From: Malacoraja senta
Lineage: Eukaryota
DNA length: 60,000 nucleotides
NCBI GenBank assembly: GCA_038087875.1
Contig: CM075989.1
Location: 10,976,001 to 11,036,000, forward strand
Direction of reading: 5' to 3'
Shown here: positions 1 through 10,426 of the stretch, piece after piece
Layout: each line of letters starts with the position of its first letter
How positions within the stretch are numbered: position 1 is the stretch's first letter
Notes under the pieces: generated by a model
What the model was told of the DNA's origin: nothing
Databases searched by the model: none
Seen by the model: only the letters and a program-made list of their open reading frames with translations
Position numbers and translations under genes: made by a program

Positions 1-522
1 ATAATGACAGAAAAACCATCATCCACCTCCAAATATGGAGTTGTTTTTCACTCTTTGCCAAAAGCCAGTTACCCCAATGGAATCCTCTGGGCCCCTTCTT
101 ATCTGATTAACCTCTTCAACTTACATAAAAAAACTTGTAAGAGAGCTGCGAACTTTTCAACTTAAAGGGAAAAAAACCTGGCATGATAGGAGTTGTCCAA
201 ATCCCATCATGCATTACAATTGGCCTTTTACAACAGGAAAGTTTAAATATGACAACAATCAATTAATAACTAACTCTTTCATGTGGACCAGTATTTCCAT
301 CACAAGGACAGGATTTGGATACTTTTTCTACGTCACCAAATCATTTGCATTTGTGGGTTGTGCACAATTTCACTGTGCTGTGTATACGTGGCAATAAAAT
401 AATCATTAATTTGTAAATTAGATACAAATTGAGAACACTATTCCTGGGTAGCCCAGTAAATTCATCCATCCTTCCAACAACATTCCAGACTTCAAAACTA
501 ACCACATGGTAATTTGGAACAA

Positions 523-730
523 AGGTAGATAAAAATGCTGGAGAAACTCAGCAGGTGAGGCAGCATCTATGCAGCGAAGGAATAGGTGACGTTTCAGGTC
601 GAGACTAAAGAAGGGTCTCCACCCAAAACGTCACCTATTCCTTCGCTCCATAGATGCTGCCTCACCCACTGAGTTTCTCCAGCAGTTTTATCTACCTTCA
701 ATTTTTCCAGCATCTGCAGTTCCTTCTTAA
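523..730. mobile_element. Palindromic Penelope-derived short element, subfamily A, degenerate hammerhead centre
   Basis: Long inverted arms (GGTAGATAAAAATGCTGGAGAAACTCAG... / ...CTGAGTTTCTCCAGCAGTTTTATCTACC); 14-bp TSD GTAATTTGGAACAA at 509-522 and 731-744. Confidence 0.85.
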
Positions 731-1622
731 GTAATTTGGAACAAGGTTAGTGCAGATCTTCAAGCAAGGATTTTGCTTCCAGGTAACTTCTCTCCCCATT
801 TATTCATCTTAAAAACATTACAACAAATTGGCAGAGCTACATCTGAAAATTTATGATTCTTGGTTCCCAATCCTACGCTTCAGATCTATAGCTCAGGTAT
901 CAGCTTTCAAACAGGATAAGGCAGACTTGACAGCATAGCAGCAACTATCAACATAAGAATCAAGAAAGAACCATCAAAGGCAAAAAATAATCTTAAATTT
1001 TGGATTCACCTCCTCCCTGTAGGCAGAGGCAGGGCACTAGAACACTGTTGGGGTACACAAAATGTAACACATAATTTTGAAGTATTAGGTTTTGTACAAT
1101 ATATAATTTTCAACCTTAATTGTCTATGTATTGAATTTTGCCCAGCTCCATGCTTTACACTCATTCACCGAGCTTCTAAATCAATTGTTAACTTTACATT
1201 CAAGCTACCCAGATTAGCCAAGTAGCTTATTGATTGGTCTGTAAGATCACATCCATTCTATTGTTTGATCAGGGATACTACTCTGCGAAAGTGCCACATT
1301 AAACACAGATTAACCTCTATCTAATCACCTGCCAGGAGACGTGTTTCAATGCAAATATATAATCATAGCGTGGAATCAGACCCTTCGGCCCAACATCTGT
1401 ACTGCACTAATCCCGTATGCCTACATTTGGCCCATATTCCTCCAAACCCATCCTATCCAGGTGTTTTTCTTAAAGTTTCTTAAACTGTAAATGTACCTGC
1501 CTCAAATACCGGTGCCAGCAGTTCGTTCCATAAACCTACCACCCTTCGTGTAAATAGTTGCACCTCAGATTGCTATTGAACCCCCCTGAACTCCTTAAAC
1601 CTATGTCCTCTGGTTCTCAATT

Positions 1623-3088
1623 TAGGTATGTTACAAAACTTACCTTCAGTCGCGCTGTAATTCTGCCACTGGCCGTGTGCGCGATTTTGGCGCCTTTAAG
1701 GGGGGGCGGGGTTAAAACGCGGGTTTCTCCTCCCTTGTCCTGGTTAATATTTTGTTGGAGTACAAGCCTTGGCTGACAAATCGTTCCTAGTGGCGATTTG
1801 TGTATTTTTTATTTTTATTAAATCGTCAATGTCAACGCTAGAGTAATTTTAAAAGCAGCTCCTGAAGCGTCAACGCCGATAACGGGGACGGATTTCACAC
1901 ACTGGACAGGTAAACGAAAGTGGTTTCTTTAAATGTATAAAAGTGCTTCTTAAGAAGCCTTTAATTCACATTTTTTCATGCGACACGGTGATTTTATTCC
2001 CCGAATTAACGGCAGTATTTTTCATGCCAATACGGGGTTAAATTCACCGCAAATGAACGTTCCAAAGGATCGCGTTCCAGAAATCCTCACTCACAAGATG
2101 AATTAAATGCCCATTAATTTACAGGTATTAAACATTCAATTCCTTCCATTTGGCCTGTAAATTCATGAAAATTAGATATAAAAATTATGTTATATTGTGA
2201 ATTCTTGTGTGAATGTTATTTGGACACAGGCTATTTAAAAATGTTAATCTATTCATAAGAAATTGATAGATGTTTAGATCTAGTAATTGAATTTTGTAAT
2301 TAGCTACAATTAGGTAACTAACTAATTATATGCTTTAAAGGCCTGTCTCACGAGTCTGCGGTCTATGGCGGCGAAACGGGAGGAATATGCCGCCATAGAC
2401 CGCGCACTCGTGAGAAAGTACAATTCCCGGGCCGTGCGGCGGTGCTAAAATAAAAACGACAATGTCCAAAACAAAATACTCACCGCACAACCTCCACCAG
2501 TGATGCACGAGTGCGCACGGCCGCTCGCACGGGCCGCCGCCAGTGTGGGTCGAGCGCCGTGCGTCAAACCTCCTCTGCCACAGCCTCCGCCAGTGACGCA
2601 CGTGCCGCCGCCAGTGAGGCACGTGTGCTGCGCGGCCGCAGTCACAGCCACCGCTACAGCGCCGCGATCAGGATGGCCGCCGCCACAGCCGCCGCGGGTG
2701 AGTCACGTGCGGCGGGCCGACGTCATCGCAGTCGGCCCGCCCTTTTTTTTACTTACCGCAAGCACGTGGGACCCGCCGTGTTTGAATTAACTCGGCCCCC
2801 GCGCAACATCCGTGCGGCGCTCCGGTGGATAGGCTCGACGCTCTCGCCGTTGCCGCGCGGTCCTCGCTACCGGCGACGCCGCGCTTCACCGCCGATGACC
2901 GCAAACAGGTAAGACAGAGCCTTTACTTTCATGTCTTCGAAGTAAGATTGTTTCATATTTGTTTCAGAATGCTTCAATCTATAATAACTGAAAATTTCTT
3001 AATCAAATTAAACTTCTTTTTATGCTTTATCTGATGGGATAAATTGCAGACTTTATTTTTAAAATCTCAATATTTTGTAACATTGCTA
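1623..3088. mobile_element. Non-autonomous DNA transposon with TAG...CTA termini, 16-bp TIR and 7-bp TSD
   Basis: TIR TAGGTATGTTACAAAA / TTTTGTAACATTGCTA (14 of 16 match); TSD CTCAATT at 1616-1622 and 3089-3095; no transposase ORF. Confidence 0.85.
2338..2922. mobile_element. PIF/Harbinger-like GC-rich MITE nested in the DNA transposon
   Basis: TTA TSD (2335-2337, 2923-2925); imperfect TIR AAGGCCTGTCTCAC / GTAAGACAGAGCCT; abrupt AT-to-GC shift at both ends. Confidence 0.7.
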
Positions 3089-4669
3089 CTCAATTCCCCT
3101 ACTCTGGTTAAAATAATCAGTGCATTTACCCTGTCTATTCCCCTCATGATCTTGTATAAGAACACCTCTCATCCTCCTGCACTCCAAGAAATAAAGTCCT
3201 AGCCTGCTCAACCCCTCCCTATAGCTCTGGCCCCAAGTTCTGGCAACATCCTCATATCTTTTCTGCACCCTTTCCAGTTTTTAAAAAATCTTCAACGTTT
3301 TGTACAACACATGGTAATCGCAGCTACAGTGAACTGTAACAGCACATCTATCCAGCAAATCCAATAAATAAATGAAGGAAACAGGAACGTTGTGTCTGCC
3401 ACAGTGAAACTCCCTCCTCACGGCTTTAAAACTAATCCAGGTGCAAAATTACAAGGCAGCCAGGAATCAAAACAATGCATTTTCCCACCAAGGCAAAAAA
3501 CAGTTTGGAAATGTTTTCCTCAAAACCATGGTGGGCCATTTCATCCAAATCAAGAGTGACAGAGGGAGGAACAGTACATTCTGTCTTCTCTCAAAGCAGT
3601 AGGAAGTGTTCCATATTAATATCTGGGTATTTCTGCTCCTCAATCAACATCAGGAAAACAAATTACTTAATTAGTATCATGCTTATTCGTTGGAGATTGC
3701 TGTGTAAAAATTCTGTGCAGCATTTAATTTAATCTCTTTCCAACTTTCCTAAGGCATTAGATCAACAGTGTGTTAACTTACACGAATATTCATTATTTGT
3801 ATGCGAGTTTTAGCAGTGACTGACTACATGGGGGGGAAAGGAGACAAATCTGAAGACCAGCTGACTGCATCTATTGATATAAGATTCTAAACTGTGGAAT
3901 ACAAATAACAAGCAAGTCTGTAACGTACATCACGTAAATGTAATGCCGTCGCAGAAAAGGAATAGGATTTAAATTAATGATCAATGGATTACCTGTTTGC
4001 AGTGCCAATTTCTCATATGAATTTTTATGTTCATAAATAATAATGCAAGTCTATACAAACCCACAGGGTGAGGTAGTGGTTGGGGGAAATGAAGAAGTAC
4101 CTGGGCAGAACTATTTCAGATATCACTATGGACACAATACTATTTCAACACAGACTCAATGCGCTTCATTAAAAAGTGTTGCAAGAAAACTTAAGTGACC
4201 CACATTCCATTTTAATTATCCATCAGAACTTTTGCAAAACCAGCTCACTGCATAATTTAGTTAGTTGTAAGCACAAACTATCAAGACCCCCCCCCCCCAC
4301 ACACACTCTCTGCTCTTTCCCCGATCAAAGGAAGTCAAAGCAAAATTAGATAAACATATCAGAGGTGTGGACCAGCTACAATCCAATCTAAACACTGACC
4401 TCAAAAGAACACAGGAAATTGGGAGTCAGCTATCAGGCCACTCAACCCTGCCCTGTTTTTTTATCAGGCCTCAACTCCACTGTCTAATTCCACGTTATAT
4501 ACTTCCAATGAGATAGTGATCACAACTCATGGCAGAGTTCCAGAGATTCATCACCCTCTGGGAAATGTTTACAAACCTTAGCCCCTTATCTTGAAACTAT
4601 GAATCTTAAATGAGGTACATCGACTTTTATAATCAAAATCCTAACCATGATACCTTAGAGAGCTTTGTA

Positions 4670-5630
4670 ACATGATGTCAAGACAACAATCTCACCCACA
4701 ATAACAGCAAACCAAAGGAGATGGTCATCAACTTCTGGAAATCAGGTTGGGGTACACACCCCAGTCTGTATCAATGGCACTGAGGTGAAGACAGTCAAAA
4801 GCTTCAAGTTTCTAGGTGTAAATATCACCAACAATTTGTCCTGGTCCAGCAACATTGATGCTACAGCCTGGAAAGCACACCAACACCATTAGTTCATCAG
4901 AAGGCTAAGGAAATTCAGCATGTGTTCCATGATATTTATCAATTTCTGTAAATAGACCATAGAAAACATTCTAATCAGAATCATAACAGCTTGCTTTCTC
5001 AGCTCCGTTGGCCAAGACCGCAGGAAATTGCAGAGAATTGTGAATGCAGCCCAGTGCATCTAAGCCTTCTCTCACAGCTTCAATGCCCTCCCCCAATCAT
5101 CTATTGACACTTCCTCCTGCCTTGTGAAAGCAGCCAATATCATCAAGGACCACTCACTCTCCAGTTATGTGTAAGAAAGAACTCCAGATGCTGGTTCAAA
5201 TTGAAGGTAGACACAAAATGCTGGAGTAACTCAGTAGGTGAGGCAGCATCTCTGGAGAGAAGGAATGGGCGACGTTTCGGGTTGAGACCCAAAACGCCGC
5301 CCATTCCTTCTCTCCAGAGATGCTGTCACACTCCAGTTATTCTCTCTTCTCCCCTTTCCCATCGAGTAGAAGATACAAAAGCTTGAAAACACACACCACC
5401 AGATTCATGAATAACTTCTTCCCTGCCGTTATCAGGTTCATGAATGGATCTCAAATTCTCGAGATGAATTCCCCATCTTCCAATCCACCACATCTGCAGT
5501 TGCAAGGACTGTGTAGCATTATTTGTGTTATTTCGTACTACCCATTGTACTCATATGGTATGATTTGTCTGGATAGCATGCAAAACAAAGTTTTCCATAT
5601 ATGTCAGTATTCGTAACAACAATAAACCAA
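4670..5630 (+). mobile_element. Rex1/Babar-like LINE 3' remnant, interrupted at 5169-5325
   Basis: Degenerate RT C-terminal motifs (KEMVINF, SFKFLGVNITNNLSWS); AATAAA-bearing tail near 5621. Confidence 0.65.
5169..5325 (-). mobile_element. Penelope-derived short element (subfamily B) with partial fold-back
   Basis: Reverse complement of the tail at 13175-13310; 15-bp TSD TCACTCTCCAGTTAT / TCACACTCCAGTTAT (5154-5168, 5326-5340). Confidence 0.8.
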
Positions 5631-6775
5631 TACTTCAATATGATCCTTCTCATTCTTCTAAAGTCAGGAGCTTACAGACCCTGATTAGCCTCTTGACAAT
5701 ACTCTCATCCCAGGAATTAGCTGGCAAATGCCTTTTGAATCATCGCCAATGCTACCGTTTCTCAAGAGCTGAATCGCCCTCTCCCCCTCTTTTGTTCTTT
5801 CATGTCACCAAGTGCATTACATTTTCATTGCCAACAGTCCACCTATCACAACTGGCGGGACCCTTCTCAACTAGTTAGAGGGCTAATTCCCCACGATAGA
5901 CTCCACCTTAGGCTATACACTCAAGCACTCGAAAGAACCACAGTAACTGAGTTTTGTATGGGAGTGGTCAAAATAGAAAACTCCTCCAAAAGCCGAGCAT
6001 TACAATCCCTCAGAGTTTCCTTCAAAGACATTAACCCTGCCAATATTTGTTCCATTATGGGGGGAAAAGATATAGCTCCCAATCAGTGCGAATAAAAATA
6101 TTATCTCGTCTGGAGCAAATTGATATTGTAACTGAAATTGGATTCAAGATAGCTTAACTTCATCGCCATGTATCTGTTAACAGACAGGCCAGCTTTTATC
6201 TGTGAAACAGAAAGCAGAGTGTGTGATCCATTCTGACAGTTCCAAGAAATTGTACAATAACATTCCATAGCGTCACATGTTCAGGTTACTGCTGAAGGAA
6301 GGAATGATCTTAAAGTAGTAGCTTCAGTCCTAAAAATGCCCCTCAGGCTTCAACATGTTACAGATTTAAATTAAAAACAGGAAAGAAATTTGGTAATACC
6401 TCGAGGTGGGAATCTAATCCACAGTAAGGTCTGGAAAAGTTCCCAGGCTCACAACCTCACATGGTCCAAACTGCAAACCCTCATGGCCCAAGGACAATCA
6501 GCATCTCATGACCAACCGCACCAAAAACAACTTCACCGTGTCAATGGACAGCATTGGATTCAATGGAACAACAAACACAATCTGTTCTTACTGGTATCAG
6601 TCGCAATTTCCTCCCACTTCAAAGTCTCCAGCCTTTTGCCACAGTTACTGAAGTCAGTGTCATACAGCACAGAGACAGCAACTATCCACACTCATCCCAT
6701 TCTCATACTAGAGAGGTCAGCACAGAAGTTTAGCATGGAAATGGGCCCTTTGGCCCGAGTCCACACTAATCATTG

Positions 6776-6872
6776 GTAGACAAAAATGCTGGAGAAACTC
6801 AGTGGGTGAGGCAGCATCTATGGAGCGAAGGAATAGGTGACGTTTCGGGTCAAGACCCTTCTTCAGACTCTA
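6776..6872 (-). mobile_element. Penelope-derived half element with intact hammerhead-like core, inserted in a SINE
   Basis: Minus strand reads GTCTGAAGAAGGGTCTTGACCCGAAACGTCAC; 15-bp TSD CCACACTAATCATTG (6761-6775, 6873-6887). Confidence 0.8.
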
Positions 6873-8109
6873 CCACACTAATCATTGATCACCCATTCAC
6901 ACTAGTTCTATGTTATCCTTCTTTCTCAGCCATTACCTACAAACTAAGGGCAAGTTTACAGAAGCCAGAGATCACTAACCATGGGTATGCATTAAAACCC
7001 CATAAAACACAGGAAATGAATGAAATGATCCAACGTGTCACAGTGAGGTTAAATGATTCACTCTTCCACAATTTAGTCAATTCCCCTCAATAAGGAGGTT
7101 TGCATGGGTGCAGCCAAAAATACTCAGGCAAATCTCCAGACTGGCACCAAACCACACAGAAATTGAGTTTGAGTCCATGACAGGGATATTCTGAACCATA
7201 CAGCATTCTGATTTTACAGTCAGTAACTGTAAACCAGCTGGCAAATGGGGAGAGAGGAGAAAAGAACAAAAAGTCAAGTCTGCAATGGGTTGGAAGTTAA
7301 GAGGGTGAAATGGAGTAATAATTAGACAAGAAATGAAGATGTGAAATTGAAATAAAAATTGAAATAAAACTACTACCGTCAAAAAATAATCAAATCATTG
7401 GTTCACTTATCCTTTATTTATTGGTGCCCCAAAGGGGAAAATATTACAACCACCACAATAACACTCAAGGAGAACTATTTTAAATATTGTTCCACCAATA
7501 AACTCCCAGACAACTACCCACACTTACCATTGTTAATTGTATGCTAGGAATAATTTCCCAACCTTCCAATCTATCTCATTGCCGTTGCACTTTAAAATCA
7601 ACACTTTCTCTGTAGCTGTAACACTATTTTGCACGTTGGTCATTTTCTCTTTTGCACGACCTAATGGGCTCGTGTCCGTTATCATTTTACTGGCTAGCAC
7701 ACAAACAAAGTTTTTCCACTTTATCATGACAACCAATGAGCTGATTCGGGTGGTGTAGGTGGTAAAAAAAAGTTACTACGCAAGGAGATGTGGACTTGAA
7801 GCCAGTTTAAACAATCACACCCAGTGGTTCCACCCTTGCATGAGGAATCAATTTTTCCGAGCATTGCAGAAAGTTCGACAAGCGAGTCCAGGAAAAGGCC
7901 ACGTTATCCTCTGTTAATAGTACTCTAGTTTATAGCAGTGAATCTTAGATGGTTGGTCTCACACTAGAACTACTTTTAAAAAAAATATTTGCTCTCAGCC
8001 TCCAGATGCTGGATAGCAACACGCACTTTCAAGACAAGAGTGTATAATTGTCATATGTACTGACAACGGAGCAATTAAATTCTTACTTGCAGCAGCATAA
8101 TAATACATT

Positions 8110-9080
8110 GTTGGGGAGCAAAGGCAGCTAGGAGTGCAGGTACATAGTTTCTTGAAAGTGGCGTCACAAGTAGAGAGGATGTCAAGAAGGCTTTCGGCAC
8201 AGTGGCATTATTGAGTTTAGAAGTTAGGAGATCATGTTAGTCGTATGAGAGATTAAGGCCACATTTAGAGTATTGCGTTCAGTTTGGTTACCCTTTATAG
8301 GAAAGATGCTGTTAAGCTGGAACAGGCACAGAACAGGCATAGGTTGCAGCTCCTAGACTGTGGAACAGCATCCCCCTTCCCATCAGAACGGCCCCCTCCA
8401 TCGACTCCTTTAAGTCAAGACTAAAAACGTATCTATACTCCCAAGCCTTTCTTGACGTCCACTGAGCGAGGGCTATATGTATATATGTATCTAGTTTGTT
8501 TGTTTATACTATTCTTATAACAAATGTAAAGCACTTTGGCCAACGAGAGTTGTTTTTTAAATGTGCTATATAAATAAATGTGACTTGACTTGACTTGACT
8601 GAAAAGATTTACAAGGATATTGCAAAGAGTCAAGGGCCTGAGCTATAGGGAGAAGTTGAGCAGACTAGGACTCTATTCCTTGGATCGCAGGAAGATGAGG
8701 GGTGATCTTACAGGAGTACAAGATCAAGGGAGGAATAGATAGGGTAAAATGCAGTCTTTCACTTAAAGTTGGGGAAATCGAGAACTAGAGGACCTAGGTT
8801 TAAGGTGGGGTGGGGGGGGGGGGGGGGGGAAGGGAAGATTTAATAGGATCCCGATGGACAACTTTTTTTTCTCAAAGGGTGGTAGGTATATGGAAAAAGC
8901 TGTGAGACAAGTACTTTCAGAACATTCAAGAAACATTTAGACAGGTACATGGATAGTATGGGTTTGGATGGATATGGCCCATAAGCTGGCTGGTGGCACT
9001 ACTGTACATGAGCAATGTTGGTCAGTGTGGGCAAGTCAGGCTGCAAGGGGCTGTTCCCACACTGTATGGCTCTATGATTT
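8110..9080 (+). mobile_element. Degenerate CR1 LINE 3' end, interrupted by an L2-like fragment
   Basis: CR1 ORF2 C-terminal remnants (RPHLEYCVQF, GLYSL) and a CR1-type tail ending ctctatga. Confidence 0.8.
8335..8600 (+). mobile_element. L2-like LINE 3' fragment with (GACTT)n tail
   Basis: APRLWNSIP...FKSRLKTYL motif; tgtaaagcactttg...aaatgtgctatataaataaa end; tandem GACTT tail. Confidence 0.7.
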
Positions 9081-10426
9081 TACAGCAAGATAGGCAGGGG
9101 TTGGTGCACAAAATGAAGGCTCAGGACACCAGCCCTGGATAATATAGCAAGTTATCGAGGACAAGCTTTGCCCCAGTGAACCATTGTGAAACAAGAATCT
9201 CAAAGTGAGCAAAGGGGTATTGAGCCCCTTTGAACCTCTCCACTAATAGAGCACCAGAATGGACACCTGGTTCATGAATGGAACCTGATGACACCATTGT
9301 TCGCAGCTTCCAAAAAAGTACTGCCCAATGATCAAATTTCAAAGCAGAAAATGGAAACTCACTTACACCGTAGGACGCAGCCATTCTGCTGATTATTGTC
9401 ATGCTGAGGTACAATTTCTCTTCTCAATCTGAAGGTCAACATGTTCATCCTGATTTCCTTTATCAATACGTTGAGGGCTTCTGTCTCCCCTTCCCTCTGA
9501 GACAGAGTTCCACATTGGATGTTTTTTTAATCTACTTCCCACAAATACTAATACTTGCAAAATGAACGCAAATCTCTAATTCCTATCCTGTCATCCTGCC
9601 TCACCATTAAATCACTCCGCACCCCCAGTTTACACAAATTCACCTCAGAACTAATAATCTCCAAGGGGTGGACAGGAGGCAGAGGATGGGTGGAACAGGC
9701 AGAAAGAAGATAAAGAGATAGATGGACACAGGTGAGGGGAGGGGAGGGTGAAAGTGGAGACGGCTGCTGTAAGGTAATAAGTAGAACTGCACAGAACTCT
9801 GCCTGTGATCTAACCAATGGTTCATACACTTCCAGCATAACCACTTTGCTCCTAAATGCTCAGCATTGTCAATAAATAGTACCTCATATCCCTTCTTAAT
9901 CACCTTTATTACATGTCCTGCTAATTTCCAAACATTCACTCCAATGCTCCTGATTATTTATTGTGCATTCCCATGATCTCCTAAAAAGCAAAATGATGTG
10001 AATGATGTGACAATGTCAACATGATCTTGTTAGTGTGACGGCGACAACTGGATGCTGAGAAGAAACTTCCGTCTCCACCAGAATCTTAAAGTATGATGAC
10101 TTGAGCAAGGTTCCAGGGCTGCACTGGGAATGATCTGCTGACATCAACATTGACTATGTGGTGAAGTAGTAACAATCGTGAGAGGGAAGGGAAGAGTTGA
10201 ACTTATTGGTGGAACCACTCTTAACACTCTTGAGTGTTCATGAGGTGGCTGTAAAGTTCTTTACTCTGAACTACTTACTTAAAAAACTGTCACCGCTGCT
10301 CCCTTTATTTCAGTAACTGCCGGTAATAGTTTTGCTATTGGGTGCTTGATGGATAGCAGGGATTCAGTGAGCCAAAAGACCCCTTTCCATGTTCACAATT
10401 CTATGAGCTAACAACCGAACAGGGAG

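Larger units (their letters stand above)
1362..3280 (-). mobile_element. CR1 LINE 3' remnant, split by the insertion at 1623-3088
   Basis: The flanks join as cctatgtcctctggttctcaatt|cccctactctgg, colinear with the uninterrupted CR1 copy near 31753-31790. Confidence 0.8.

Noticed and set aside
2335..2912. Overlapping Ala/Pro/Arg-rich ORFs and an apparent gene CpG island
   Set aside because: They lie wholly inside a TIR/TSD-bounded MITE; open frames reflect high GC content and show no recognisable domain
3993..4016. MRNWHCKQ followed by CAG|GTAATC as an alternative UACA first exon
   Set aside because: Phase fits, but the donor is weaker, there are no promoter features, and resemblance to known isoforms is not convincing
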